A stretch of DNA of 64,000 nt from the NCBI GenBank assembly GCA_902774285.1, contig CACYHO010000001.1, forward strand, positions 6,888 to 70,887. Reading direction: 5' to 3'. Of this stretch, positions 30,231-39,813 are shown piece by piece. This DNA is from an uncultured Pseudomonadota bacterium (GTDB lineage Bacteria > Pseudomonadota > Alphaproteobacteria > Rs-D84). The stretch's first letter is position 1, and every line of letters starts with the position of its first letter. The notes beneath the pieces were generated by a model. It ran no database searches and had not been told where the DNA came from. It saw only the letters and a list, made by a program, of their open reading frames with translations. Made by a program: the position numbers and the translations under genes.

Positions 30231-31689
30231 ATTTTGTCTTACCTTTATATTGTTGCGGTTTGTTTAATTTTTGCACCCTTGCCAAAGCCGCCTTATACAC
30301 ATCTTCATAATTCACAGCAGAACTGCTACTTTGTATACCGTACTTTTTATAATATTCTATTGCCATAGAATAATTTACTATGGCCCTGTCATAATTCCCC
30401 TTGAATTCATAGGCCATCCCAGCATTATAACAAGCCTTGGCATATTCTTTGCGTTCTGTTGTTTTTAAAACTTTTTGACAATATTGGATACACAAATCAT
30501 ATTTCTTTAAATTTAATGCGGTGATTGCTATATCATTATACAAATCGGAACCTGTTGCCCCCTGCTTTTCGATAGAAAGTAAATTTTCAAGTGCTTTTTT
30601 ATATTCTTTTTTATTATACAAAGCTATTGCTGCATCATATTGTTTTTGCAAGGAAACTTTTTTACCATCAGAAATCGCATACAATGGATTATTAAAATGT
30701 TTCATACACGATTGACAAAGATCGCCTGTACGTTTTCCGGTTTCATGATAAACAACACCTAAATATCTCTTTTGTGAATCAGAACACCATGTTTTATAAT
30801 TTTTTCTGGTCAAACTTAATTGATTTACACTAGAAACATTCACACAGGAAGCTCTTTTTGACGGACAAGTGTACATATCCAACATAGATTCACAGAAATT
30901 ATCAACATTTAAATATACGTTTGCTTCAAATTCGCACCTATCTTTTGTCCCTGTGTTTGCAGACATATGCTTCCACCATATCATCATTGCGTTTGCACAT
31001 TTAACAGGGTCGGCATAATTCTTTTTTATAACAGGACACAAATAAGAGATATTAGATTCATTATTATAAACAGCGCAAAATAATGCGGCAAATTCATTCG
31101 GTTTCAAAGAAGCGCCACACAATTGATTAAACATTCGTTTCAATATTGTATCATGTTTTGTAAATTTCTTTGTTTTTGTATTTTGTGTATATTGTCTGTA
31201 CTTTGCCCAGCCTATTATCAGTTTTAACATATCTTCATTTGTTGCCTTTCGTGATGCGAAAGTTTTCTGATTTGCTGCCAAATGGTACCACTTTGCTTCT
31301 TGCTTGTTATAATCTTTTAACGATAATGGTGAATAAGTTGAACCCGCCCCAATTGTATTTTTCGTACCCTTGAAAAGCCCGCGATCATCGTACACGCATG
31401 GCATAGGAACTTCTTCCAGTATTAATTCTGCAAATATAATATTCAAAGACTTATCAAATAATTTTTCAATATCAGAATACTTATCTATTTTGACTGCTGT
31501 ATAATCTGTCTTTTTTTTCTGTGCCTGTTTTTTTACTGTTGAAACCTCTGTTTTTGGTTTTCCTGATTGTCCTGATTTTGACTGTGCAAAACCGTGAGCA
31601 CCGATCCCCAAATTAAACACTAAAGCCCCACCAATAATAAGTTTGTTTAGCTTTTCGATTCCAAAAACAAAACGTTCTTTTTTGTTCAT
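30229..31689 (-). CDS. exported GH24 (phage-lysozyme-like) muramidase fused to C-terminal TPR repeats
   Basis: E-x8-D then TIGAG (LEEVPMPCVYDD...NTIGAG); LKPNEFAALFCAVYN; GTKDRCEFEANVYL; 3 TPRs; N-terminal signal/TM. Confidence 0.6.
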   Translation of the reverse strand: MNKKERFVFGIEKLNKLIIGGALVFNLGIGAHGFAQSKSGQSGKPKTEVSTVKKQAQKKKTDYTAVKIDKYSDIEKLFDKSLNIIFAELILEEVPMPCVYDDRGLFKGTKNTIGAGSTYSPLSLKDYNKQEAKWYHLAANQKTFASRKATNEDMLKLIIGWAKYRQYTQNTKTKKFTKHDTILKRMFNQLCGASLKPNEFAALFCAVYNNESNISYLCPVIKKNYADPVKCANAMMIWWKHMSANTGTKDRCEFEANVYLNVDNFCESMLDMYTCPSKRASCVNVSSVNQLSLTRKNYKTWCSDSQKRYLGVVYHETGKRTGDLCQSCMKHFNNPLYAISDGKKVSLQKQYDAAIALYNKKEYKKALENLLSIEKQGATGSDLYNDIAITALNLKKYDLCIQYCQKVLKTTERKEYAKACYNAGMAYEFKGNYDRAIVNYSMAIEYYKKYGIQSSSSAVNYEDVYKAALARVQKLNKPQQYKGKTK

Positions 31690-31803
31690 TAATAATATAA
31701 AACCTTGCACCAAGGAATTATACCATAAATTCAACAAAATAAAAAGACGTTAATAAAATACCGCCCAAACGAGCGGTGTTCTATTCATCTTATTATATAT
31801 ATA

Positions 31804-33429
31804 TTAATTTAATGGCGCACCCCAATGTTGTTGGATGCTACGTTCTGCATCCATCGGGCTTATTAAAACCTGAGGTGTCAAGATAACAACCAATACTTCA
31901 CGTGATGCTTCTGTATCACGGGAACCAGACAACGCCATAAAGTCTGCATCGCCAAGACCATATCTTGTATCATTATTCTTTTGTTTTTCAAATCCTGATA
32001 CGACCAACATTTGACCAGATTCCATAATTACTTCCTGCATAAACGAACGTTCTTCTACTTCTGGTAATTGCAACGTAACCGCACCAATTGTTTGTTGGTT
32101 CATCTTTAACAATTCACGAATTGACATTTTGAACAGAAGCAATATTTTGCCATTTTCCAAAATATTTGGCAATAATTGCATTGCGAATCCTGTTTCCAAA
32201 TCGTCTTGATCAACAGTACTTGATTCAACAGTTGTAAATGTACGCGATTCAAAACGTTTGATATAACCTGTTGTCTTGGTATTTGTCACAGGCGCAACGC
32301 GGTTATTACGTGTTGTCACACCAACGTTTGTAACCAATGAAACCTTACCCTGCTTTGCCAAAGCTTCAATCAAAGCATTTGACCCTGCAGCACGTGCCAT
32401 AGAACCATTATTTATCTGATCATTTGTATATGCACCTGCAACAACAGCGCCTGCCGCATCCAAATGTGTTGCACCCGTAGATCCAGACAAAGCATTTGAC
32501 AACACAGCAATATTCATAGAAGAAGTTTCTGTCGATACTAAATTATTTTTTGGATTTGCAACGATATTCAAACCAGATGCAGAATTAATAGCCGCTGCCA
32601 AATTCAATCCAAATGCAGAATGATTATTCAAAGATACTTGCAATACTTTGACATCAATTGTCACCAATTGAGAAAGTCGTTTATTTTGTTTTGCGATATA
32701 TTCACCAACACGACTTAAAATCGAAGGTGATGCAGTCACAGTAATTGTTCCTAAACTGCGAGATACTGTGAATTGTGCATTTTTAGAATTATTAATAATA
32801 GAATTAATAGTAGCTTCAACTTCATCCCATTCTTTCAATGTAGATTCCAAGGATACTTGATTTCCAGAATCTGTTTGGACGGATGATTGATAGGAAACAT
32901 CTGTTCCCAATGCATACAATGTATATGTCCGTGTTTCTGTTTCATAGAAAACAATCGAGTCTTTATCATAATACCAAAGCAAATCTAAATCTGTTGCTAT
33001 TTGTGAAAGCAACCCAGACAATTTACCAGTATATGCAACATCAACTGTCTTTTTCAATTTTTCACTATCAACTTGGCTATCAATCTTTACAGGAATCCCT
33101 GTAACAGAATTAATATCATTTGCCAAAACCTGCAACGTAACAGGTTCGTTCAACAAAAGTGTTATACCCGTATCCGTTTCAAATTTAGATGGCAAGCTAT
33201 TTTTGTGTTCCAACAATGTGGACTTGTTTCCCAACCATACACCTTCGGACATAGAGACCGTATCGCCACCAGCAACCTTAGCCCGAGGATTCTTTGCCAT
33301 TTCAAATGCTTCATACGCATTGACAAAGTTTTGATCCACCGTCGCAGAAACCTTGGCAGATTCATGTAATGTGCAACCTGTCAAAGCCACCAGTAAACCA
33401 ATTAAACAGATATTTAAACGAATTTTCAT
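31804..33429 (-). CDS. pilN: type IVb pilus lipoprotein secretin (PilN/BfpB-like)
   Basis: LTGC lipobox; YTGKLSGLL, ETRTYTL, GTITVTASP, QVTIDVKV-like segment, ALAKQGKV, SGQMLVVSGFE, LVVILTP. Confidence 0.85.
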   Translation of the reverse strand: MKIRLNICLIGLLVALTGCTLHESAKVSATVDQNFVNAYEAFEMAKNPRAKVAGGDTVSMSEGVWLGNKSTLLEHKNSLPSKFETDTGITLLLNEPVTLQVLANDINSVTGIPVKIDSQVDSEKLKKTVDVAYTGKLSGLLSQIATDLDLLWYYDKDSIVFYETETRTYTLYALGTDVSYQSSVQTDSGNQVSLESTLKEWDEVEATINSIINNSKNAQFTVSRSLGTITVTASPSILSRVGEYIAKQNKRLSQLVTIDVKVLQVSLNNHSAFGLNLAAAINSASGLNIVANPKNNLVSTETSSMNIAVLSNALSGSTGATHLDAAGAVVAGAYTNDQINNGSMARAAGSNALIEALAKQGKVSLVTNVGVTTRNNRVAPVTNTKTTGYIKRFESRTFTTVESSTVDQDDLETGFAMQLLPNILENGKILLLFKMSIRELLKMNQQTIGAVTLQLPEVEERSFMQEVIMESGQMLVVSGFEKQKNNDTRYGLGDADFMALSGSRDTEASREVLVVILTPQVLISPMDAERSIQQHWGAPLN

Positions 33430-33462
33430 ATTTGTCCCCCGTCCCCAATTTGTTCAGGTATA

Positions 33463-34380
33463 TTATTCTTCTGTTGTTGAAATAACTAAAACACGATTTC
33501 CTTTGTAAAATTTAGCATATGGAATCGGTGTTGCGCGTTCAAAGTTACGGACCAGTGCAGACGCCACATCAACAAAACGTCCTTTGAATACAGCACTTGC
33601 TTCGATTGGATATTCACGTGCTGTTGTCCAAACCAAATCCCAACCTTCTTTGTCACACCAAGATTGCAAAACCTGACGCAAAGTTTGTCCATTTGTCACA
33701 ACCCAAGAACGAACCTGGTCTTGAATTGCGGCAGGTGCCTCTTCATCAACATATTCGTTTACAGAAACTTCTTTGTCAGAACCATTTGTTGCATTACAAG
33801 TTTTTTCCGCAGCAAACCCTGCACGCTGTGCAAACACAGCATAAGAGTCTGCAGATTTATTACAATTCTTGTGGCTGCTGCGTGACATCGCCAAAACAGA
33901 ACCGCCATCATCTTCCATCATTTCACGACGCATCAATGGCATTTCTGCATTATTAGCACATTCATAATCAAAACCCGCAGGTATTTGTATACCATTAGAA
34001 ATATTTGGACCACCAGTCCACCCAGCGCCATTTGTCACAATATTATTTTCAATAACCAAACCAGATCCGACTTTCGAGACTATTTTCGCTTCGCTGTTCG
34101 CGCATCCTAATTCACCACAGGCAATTTCAACATCCGCTTCGGATCCTGCCAAAGGCCACACAGGTACATCTTGTTGAACATTGGAAAAATCTTCAACTTC
34201 ATCATATTCGTAAATGTTGTAAACTGGTTCTTGGGCAATATATTCATCTTCTGCAATATATTCTTGTGTCCCAGAATCATAAAACACTTCCGATGTAGTA
34301 ATTTGTTGAATCTTGTCAGCCGCCCCGGCAACACTTACCAGACCAGCAAAAATAACAAATGCGCAACATTTATTGAACAT
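33463..34380 (-). CDS. exported protein with C-terminal TcpQ/PilL-like domain
   Basis: WVVTNGQTLRQVLQSWCDKEGWDLVW...YPIEASAVFKGRF...FYKGNRVLVI; directly upstream of the secretin. Confidence 0.75.
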   Translation of the reverse strand: MFNKCCAFVIFAGLVSVAGAADKIQQITTSEVFYDSGTQEYIAEDEYIAQEPVYNIYEYDEVEDFSNVQQDVPVWPLAGSEADVEIACGELGCANSEAKIVSKVGSGLVIENNIVTNGAGWTGGPNISNGIQIPAGFDYECANNAEMPLMRREMMEDDGGSVLAMSRSSHKNCNKSADSYAVFAQRAGFAAEKTCNATNGSDKEVSVNEYVDEEAPAAIQDQVRSWVVTNGQTLRQVLQSWCDKEGWDLVWTTAREYPIEASAVFKGRFVDVASALVRNFERATPIPYAKFYKGNRVLVISTTEE

Positions 34381-34546
34381 TTTTTTCCTTTCCTTTTAAT
34401 TATTATATACAATTATACCAATTTGACCGAATCTGTGCAAGACTTAAAAACATAAAAATTATAAAAAAATAATACACATAAAAAATCGCGCGAATCGGTA
34501 AAACATGTTATACTTACCATGAAAAAACTTAAATCAGGGGTAAAAA

Positions 34547-35089
34547 ATGACAAATATGATTATGCTTGTTTTACTAATAGTGTGTACTTTGACAAGTTTG
34601 TGCACTGTTTTTTACATATTTTTGACAAATAAAAACATACATAACATCAATAAAACTTTAACATATCAATACAATTTGATGGTCAAAATTCAAAACGTGC
34701 TTAAAAATAAATTTTCAGTTAATGAAACAACAGACAAAGCAGAAATAATATACCAAGATTTATTGCAAGATTTAATTCCAATCATGGCGACAATAGACAT
34801 AATGCCACGCACAACTTCTGAACACCCACTTTGGCGCGCTTTGGGAGGGATAATGGATGAATACGCAAAAAATCCTTTTGTCCTTGAAAAATTGCGTCGC
34901 GCTATAAAACTTGATTCAAACATAGCCCACAATGTAAGCCATTATCTGAACCGTGCAAACTTATTCTTACAACATATGTCAGCAACAGATACAGATGGTA
35001 TTTTATCAACAACTTTTACCGATGGTTTGCTGGGACAATCATTAACATTTTTTGCCCAAGCACAGGCACTGGCATCAACAGATAAATGA
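34547..35089 (+). CDS. membrane-anchored hypothetical protein, C-terminus resembling TipN/GPR-type polar proteins
   Basis: N-terminal TM; D...VSHYL...L......DTDGILS....GLLGQ pattern (family call weak). Confidence 0.6.
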   Translation: MTNMIMLVLLIVCTLTSLCTVFYIFLTNKNIHNINKTLTYQYNLMVKIQNVLKNKFSVNETTDKAEIIYQDLLQDLIPIMATIDIMPRTTSEHPLWRALGGIMDEYAKNPFVLEKLRRAIKLDSNIAHNVSHYLNRANLFLQHMSATDTDGILSTTFTDGLLGQSLTFFAQAQALASTDK

Positions 35090-36426
35090 AAATATTAAAT
35101 GAACAACTTATTCGCAAAATTTCCAATCTGCGTTGTGAACCAGAATGGTTGCTTCAATGGCGTCTTGAAGCCTTTGAAAAATGGCAACATATGAAAGAAC
35201 CGCATTGGGCAGAAATTGATTACGAACCGATTGATTATGATTCTTTGAATTATTACAACCAGCAACAAAAAATTGATAATTCAGAATTAAAAGAAACATA
35301 CGAAAAAATGGGCCTACCAGAATCTGAACAACGCGCATTACTTGGTATGGCGACAGATACTGTTATTGACAGCCAATCTGTGCACACTTCATACAGCGAA
35401 GAATTAAAAAGACTTGGTATAATATTTTTACCTTTGTCCGAAGCTGTTGTTAAATATTCTGATCTGGTAAAAAAATATTTAGGAAGTGTTGTACCAAATG
35501 ATGATAATTTTTTTGCCGCACTTAATGCAGCAGTATTTTCAGACGGGACATTTGTGTATATTCCAAAAGGTGTTAAATGCCCTATTGATTTAGCAAGTTA
35601 TTTCAGAATTGAAACAGCCAAAATTGGTCAATTTGAACGAACTTTAATTATAGCAGAAGAAGGTAGCAGTCTTTCTTATATGGAAGGATGCAGCGCCCCA
35701 CGCCGTCCAAATCATCAATTACATAGTGGCGTTGTAGAAATCATTGTTCATGATAATGGATATGTAAAATATTCAACTGTTCAAAATTGGTATGCGGGAG
35801 ATTCTGCCGTATACAACGATTCTAAACATAATAAAAATGGTATTTTAAATTTTGTTACAAAACGTGGTAAATGTTTCAGTAATGCAGGACTTGATTGGAC
35901 CCAGGTTGAAATTGGATCTGCAATGACCTGGAAATACCCTTCAACTATTTTATACGGTGACAATTCACACAGTGATTTTTATTCTTTATCTATCACACGT
36001 GGAACACAACAAGCAGATACTGGAACAAAAATGATTCATATTGGTAATCAAACAAAATCAAACATTATTTCTTATGGTGTTGCAACAGATTATTCACGTC
36101 AAACATTCAGAAGCTTGGTTTCGTTCTCTGGTGTTAATGGGAAAAATTCGTGCAAATGTGACAGCCGTATTATTGGAGATAATGCCACAGCAAATACAAT
36201 CCCGACAGTTATTCACAGTAATGCACAAAACGAACAATCTCACGAAGCAACAACAGGTGCAATAGATAAAGACGCTCTGCTTTTCCTTATGCAAAACGGA
36301 ATTGATGAAGATGAAGCAATCGCTTTAATTATTGGATCTATGGCGTCACCAATAATATCTAGATTGCCAATGGAATTCTTGGTAGAATCGAAACAATTAA
36401 TACAAATGGCTTTAAAGAAAGAATAA
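35086..36426 (+). CDS. sufB: Fe-S cluster assembly scaffold SufB
   Basis: EPEWLLQWRL, FAALNAAVFSDG, GQFERTLI, EGCSAP, QQADTGTKMIH, HEAT. Confidence 0.96.
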   Translation: MKILNEQLIRKISNLRCEPEWLLQWRLEAFEKWQHMKEPHWAEIDYEPIDYDSLNYYNQQQKIDNSELKETYEKMGLPESEQRALLGMATDTVIDSQSVHTSYSEELKRLGIIFLPLSEAVVKYSDLVKKYLGSVVPNDDNFFAALNAAVFSDGTFVYIPKGVKCPIDLASYFRIETAKIGQFERTLIIAEEGSSLSYMEGCSAPRRPNHQLHSGVVEIIVHDNGYVKYSTVQNWYAGDSAVYNDSKHNKNGILNFVTKRGKCFSNAGLDWTQVEIGSAMTWKYPSTILYGDNSHSDFYSLSITRGTQQADTGTKMIHIGNQTKSNIISYGVATDYSRQTFRSLVSFSGVNGKNSCKCDSRIIGDNATANTIPTVIHSNAQNEQSHEATTGAIDKDALLFLMQNGIDEDEAIALIIGSMASPIISRLPMEFLVESKQLIQMALKKE

Positions 36427-36429
36427 AAA

Positions 36430-37107
36430 ATGTTAGAAATAAAAAATCTTTGTGTATCAATGGACAATAAACCATTATTAAAAAATATTAATATAGTCAT
36501 CAAAGATTGCGCACGCCACAGACTTGCCGGACATAATGGTTCTGGCAAATCAACACTGGTTAATACGATTGCTGGCGATCCTTCTTATCATATTGATAAG
36601 GGGCAGATAATTTTTAACGGTAAAGATATAACAAAAGAAAACGCAACAACACGTGCATTGATGGGTGTGTTTATTGGTGCACAAAACGTTCCTGAAATTC
36701 AAGGATTGACCGTTTTAAGTTTTCTTAAACATTCAATGGTTGCACACACACATTTCAATACTGGTAAAGAATTATCGATGGGTGAATTTTTGGAAAAATT
36801 GGAATATGCTCGCGAACAATTAAATATTCCAAAAGAATGGTTAAATCGTTACGTAAACGTCGGTTTTTCTGGCGGGGAAAGAAAACGCATAATGTTATTA
36901 AGACTGATTTTAACACAACCACAACTTGCTATTTTGGACGAACCCGATTCTGGTGCAGATAAAGAAGTACAACAGCAAATCATTGATACTATTAGCAGTA
37001 TGCCAAAAACTACATTCTTGTTTATTTCACACCAGGATGCATTTGCTTCAAAAATTAACATTACTGAAACAACCACTTTGGATAATGGCGAAATTATGAT
37101 AAAATAA
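36430..37107 (+). CDS. sufC: Fe-S assembly ATPase SufC
   Basis: GHNGSGKST, VNVGFSGGERKR, ILDEPDSG. Confidence 0.93.
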   Translation: MLEIKNLCVSMDNKPLLKNINIVIKDCARHRLAGHNGSGKSTLVNTIAGDPSYHIDKGQIIFNGKDITKENATTRALMGVFIGAQNVPEIQGLTVLSFLKHSMVAHTHFNTGKELSMGEFLEKLEYAREQLNIPKEWLNRYVNVGFSGGERKRIMLLRLILTQPQLAILDEPDSGADKEVQQQIIDTISSMPKTTFLFISHQDAFASKINITETTTLDNGEIMIK

Positions 37108-37131
37108 TAAAAACAACAAAAAGGATGACAA

Positions 37132-37965
37132 ATGAAAAACATTACACAATTAAAACAATGGCTTTTGATTAAACCTCTTATATTTTCTTTGATGTTTGTT
37201 GGTTTGGTAGTTATATTTGGATTAACGTATTCTGTATTTCAAACATTTGTAAACTTTGGTACAATTATACCAGCTTACACAATATTGGGATTGTCCTTTA
37301 TACTTTCTGCATATTATATGATTAAAAAATTACCACACGATAAAATGCCACGTACAGATTTTATTGCAATAACAAATGGCGCATCACTTATTTCAATCAT
37401 ATCTTCTGTTATTGCTATATCAGCAATTGGTTTTTATGGTGCAAATATTCAACAAAAAATGATGATGATGTATTTGTTACATCAAACAACATTTGGCTTA
37501 ATAATGATTAGTGTTATATTATTATCATTATATGTCTTGGGCGTTGCGATATCTGGAATTTATGCAAAATATAAACGTATAACAACTATTGGTATATCCC
37601 CATGGAAAGCTATTTTATCAATGCCTTTTGCGTTTTTAATGTTATGGACACCAGGATATTTAATTGAAGAAAAAGGCAAAAAATCAAACCTGTTGATAAA
37701 ATCAAAATGGTATACACGTTTTAATAATTGGGTTATATCTAATTTTTCAAATACATTGTTTGTATTTTTATTCTTGTTGTTTGCCAAATCTATCATCGCC
37801 GGTTTATCAACATCAATATTAACAGTTGCTTTATTAATTGTTTACATATTGTGGTATGTAAAACACAAATCAGATTTTATTAAAAATATAAATGATGGCT
37901 ATGCCATGACAAGTGTTGGTATTAATATTGCTGTACTGCTTGCTGTGTTGATATCATCGTTATAA
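37132..37965 (+). CDS. polytopic membrane protein, unknown function
   Basis: Multiple hydrophobic helices; AAGGA RBS. Confidence 0.7.
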   Translation: MKNITQLKQWLLIKPLIFSLMFVGLVVIFGLTYSVFQTFVNFGTIIPAYTILGLSFILSAYYMIKKLPHDKMPRTDFIAITNGASLISIISSVIAISAIGFYGANIQQKMMMMYLLHQTTFGLIMISVILLSLYVLGVAISGIYAKYKRITTIGISPWKAILSMPFAFLMLWTPGYLIEEKGKKSNLLIKSKWYTRFNNWVISNFSNTLFVFLFLLFAKSIIAGLSTSILTVALLIVYILWYVKHKSDFIKNINDGYAMTSVGINIAVLLAVLISSL

Positions 37966-37980
37966 TCAAAAGGATACAAC

Positions 37981-39024
37981 ATGCACAATATTGTATTTTT
38001 CATTGGTTTAATATTTATTTTATGGATCGGTCATTCAATATTTATCCCACTGCTTTTTGCGACATTTTTGTGGTATTTATTGAATGCGATTGCCACTTAT
38101 TACAGACGTATTATGCCATGCAAAAAATCAGATTCGTGCAACATTTATTTGAAACGATTTTATAATATAACGTCCATTATTTTATCATTTGCAACCGTTG
38201 GTGGTGTTATATATTTATTCGCCACCCAGGTTCGACCAATGTTATCCGAACTTTATAATGCAACACCAATATTACAACAAAAATTATTGATGTTTTCGGA
38301 ATACATTGCGAAATTAACCGGTATAACTATCAATATGAATTTGATTCCAAACCTGCCGCAAATAGCCGGATACGTCGGATCATCATTGGCTGGAATAGCG
38401 ACATCTACCGGTATGGTTTTAATATATTTGATATTTATGTTTGTTGAACAAAGTTCGTTTAGTAAAAAAATAGACGCAATTCAATTAACAAAAATAAAAT
38501 CAAAAAAATTGCACTTTATTTTAAACAGTATTGACGAAAACATGAAAAAATATTTGTTCACAAAAACATTTATTTCTGCTGCAACAGGTTTATGTGCATA
38601 CATCGCATTACATATTATTGGTTTGGAATATGCATCTGTTTGGGCATTTATTATTTTCATATTAAATTATATTCCAACCATTGGTTCAATACTCGCCTGC
38701 GCCTTGCCAATTTTATACGCATTAATAAGTGGCGACACATGGCATTTACCTGTATTCACAGCTATATCTTTGATTGGTTTAGAAATTATTTTTGGAAATA
38801 TACTAGATCCAAAATTAACAGGAAAAACTCTGAATATATCCACGCTAGCCATATTGATAAATTTGGTCTTCTGGGGTATGATTTGGGGACTGGCGGGAAT
38901 GTTCTTTAGTGTTCCTATTTTGGTTGCCGTATATATTACAACCGCACAATTTTCATCAACACGTTGGATCGCAACATTACTTTCAACTGATGGAAAAATA
39001 CCAGACGAAACACAAAACGATTAA
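37981..39024 (+). CDS. AI-2E family transporter
   Basis: LNYIPTIGS, GNILDPKLTG, FWGMIWG..GMFFSVP. Confidence 0.9.
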   Translation: MHNIVFFIGLIFILWIGHSIFIPLLFATFLWYLLNAIATYYRRIMPCKKSDSCNIYLKRFYNITSIILSFATVGGVIYLFATQVRPMLSELYNATPILQQKLLMFSEYIAKLTGITINMNLIPNLPQIAGYVGSSLAGIATSTGMVLIYLIFMFVEQSSFSKKIDAIQLTKIKSKKLHFILNSIDENMKKYLFTKTFISAATGLCAYIALHIIGLEYASVWAFIIFILNYIPTIGSILACALPILYALISGDTWHLPVFTAISLIGLEIIFGNILDPKLTGKTLNISTLAILINLVFWGMIWGLAGMFFSVPILVAVYITTAQFSSTRWIATLLSTDGKIPDETQND

Positions 39025-39467
39025 ATACGTTTTAATATAGCAATTGCGTTTTCAAGAATAATCTTGGCAGATACAGAGTCTAATTCTGCCTTGATTTTTT
39101 GTATGCTTTTGCGCCCTATTTCTTCCTGGGCGGCACTGCTGGTCAGGTTTTCTTCAACAAAAATTATTGGCAAGTCTGTATTGTGCGATAAAGATTTAGC
39201 AAATTCGCGAACCATCTTGGTGGTATCAGATTCAGAACCATCAGAATGCAACGGCAAACCTATAACTATCCCTGATATTTTATCTTCTGTGACTATACCC
39301 AAAACATTTTGAACTAATTCGTCTTGGGATTTAATATAAAGCTGAGGTCTGGCAAAGGCAAAATCACGATTTTCATCTGATACAGCAATGCCACATCTGC
39401 GCAATCCCCAATCAAGAGAAATTATGCGCCCAGTCTGCGGAAAATCCTTGTAATCAGATAAAATCAT
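39021..39467 (-). CDS. ruvX: YqgF/RuvX pre-16S rRNA nuclease
   Basis: SLDWGLRRCGIAVSD, IGLP, EENLTS, DSVSAKIIL. Confidence 0.92.
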   Translation of the reverse strand: MILSDYKDFPQTGRIISLDWGLRRCGIAVSDENRDFAFARPQLYIKSQDELVQNVLGIVTEDKISGIVIGLPLHSDGSESDTTKMVREFAKSLSHNTDLPIIFVEENLTSSAAQEEIGRKSIQKIKAELDSVSAKIILENAIAILKRI

Positions 39468-39504
39468 TGTATAATCCTTTATGTTTTAAATAATAGGATT
39501 CAAA

Positions 39505-39801
39505 ATGGCATTTAGCAAGCAACAATTACAGAAATTTGCAGATTTAATCAAAATTGAGATATCTGATGAAAAATTGGATCAAATGAATATTGATTCCGTT
39601 GTTGAATGGTTGGATAAATTACAACAAATTGACACAACTGGCGTCAACCCAATGTTAAATCCCGCCGAACACACTTTGCCTTTGCGTGAAGATGTTGTGA
39701 CGGAACCAAATATGCGCGAAAAGATATTGGCAAACACGCCTGACACAACCGGTGTATCCCGCGGATATTTCGCCGTACCAAAAATTATGGACGAAGAATA
39801 A
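39505..39801 (+). CDS. gatC: Asp/Glu-tRNA amidotransferase subunit C
   Basis: IDTTGV.P, LREDVV, GYFAVPKI. Confidence 0.93.
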   Translation: MAFSKQQLQKFADLIKIEISDEKLDQMNIDSVVEWLDKLQQIDTTGVNPMLNPAEHTLPLREDVVTEPNMREKILANTPDTTGVSRGYFAVPKIMDEE

Positions 39802-39813
39802 AAGGTTATAAAA

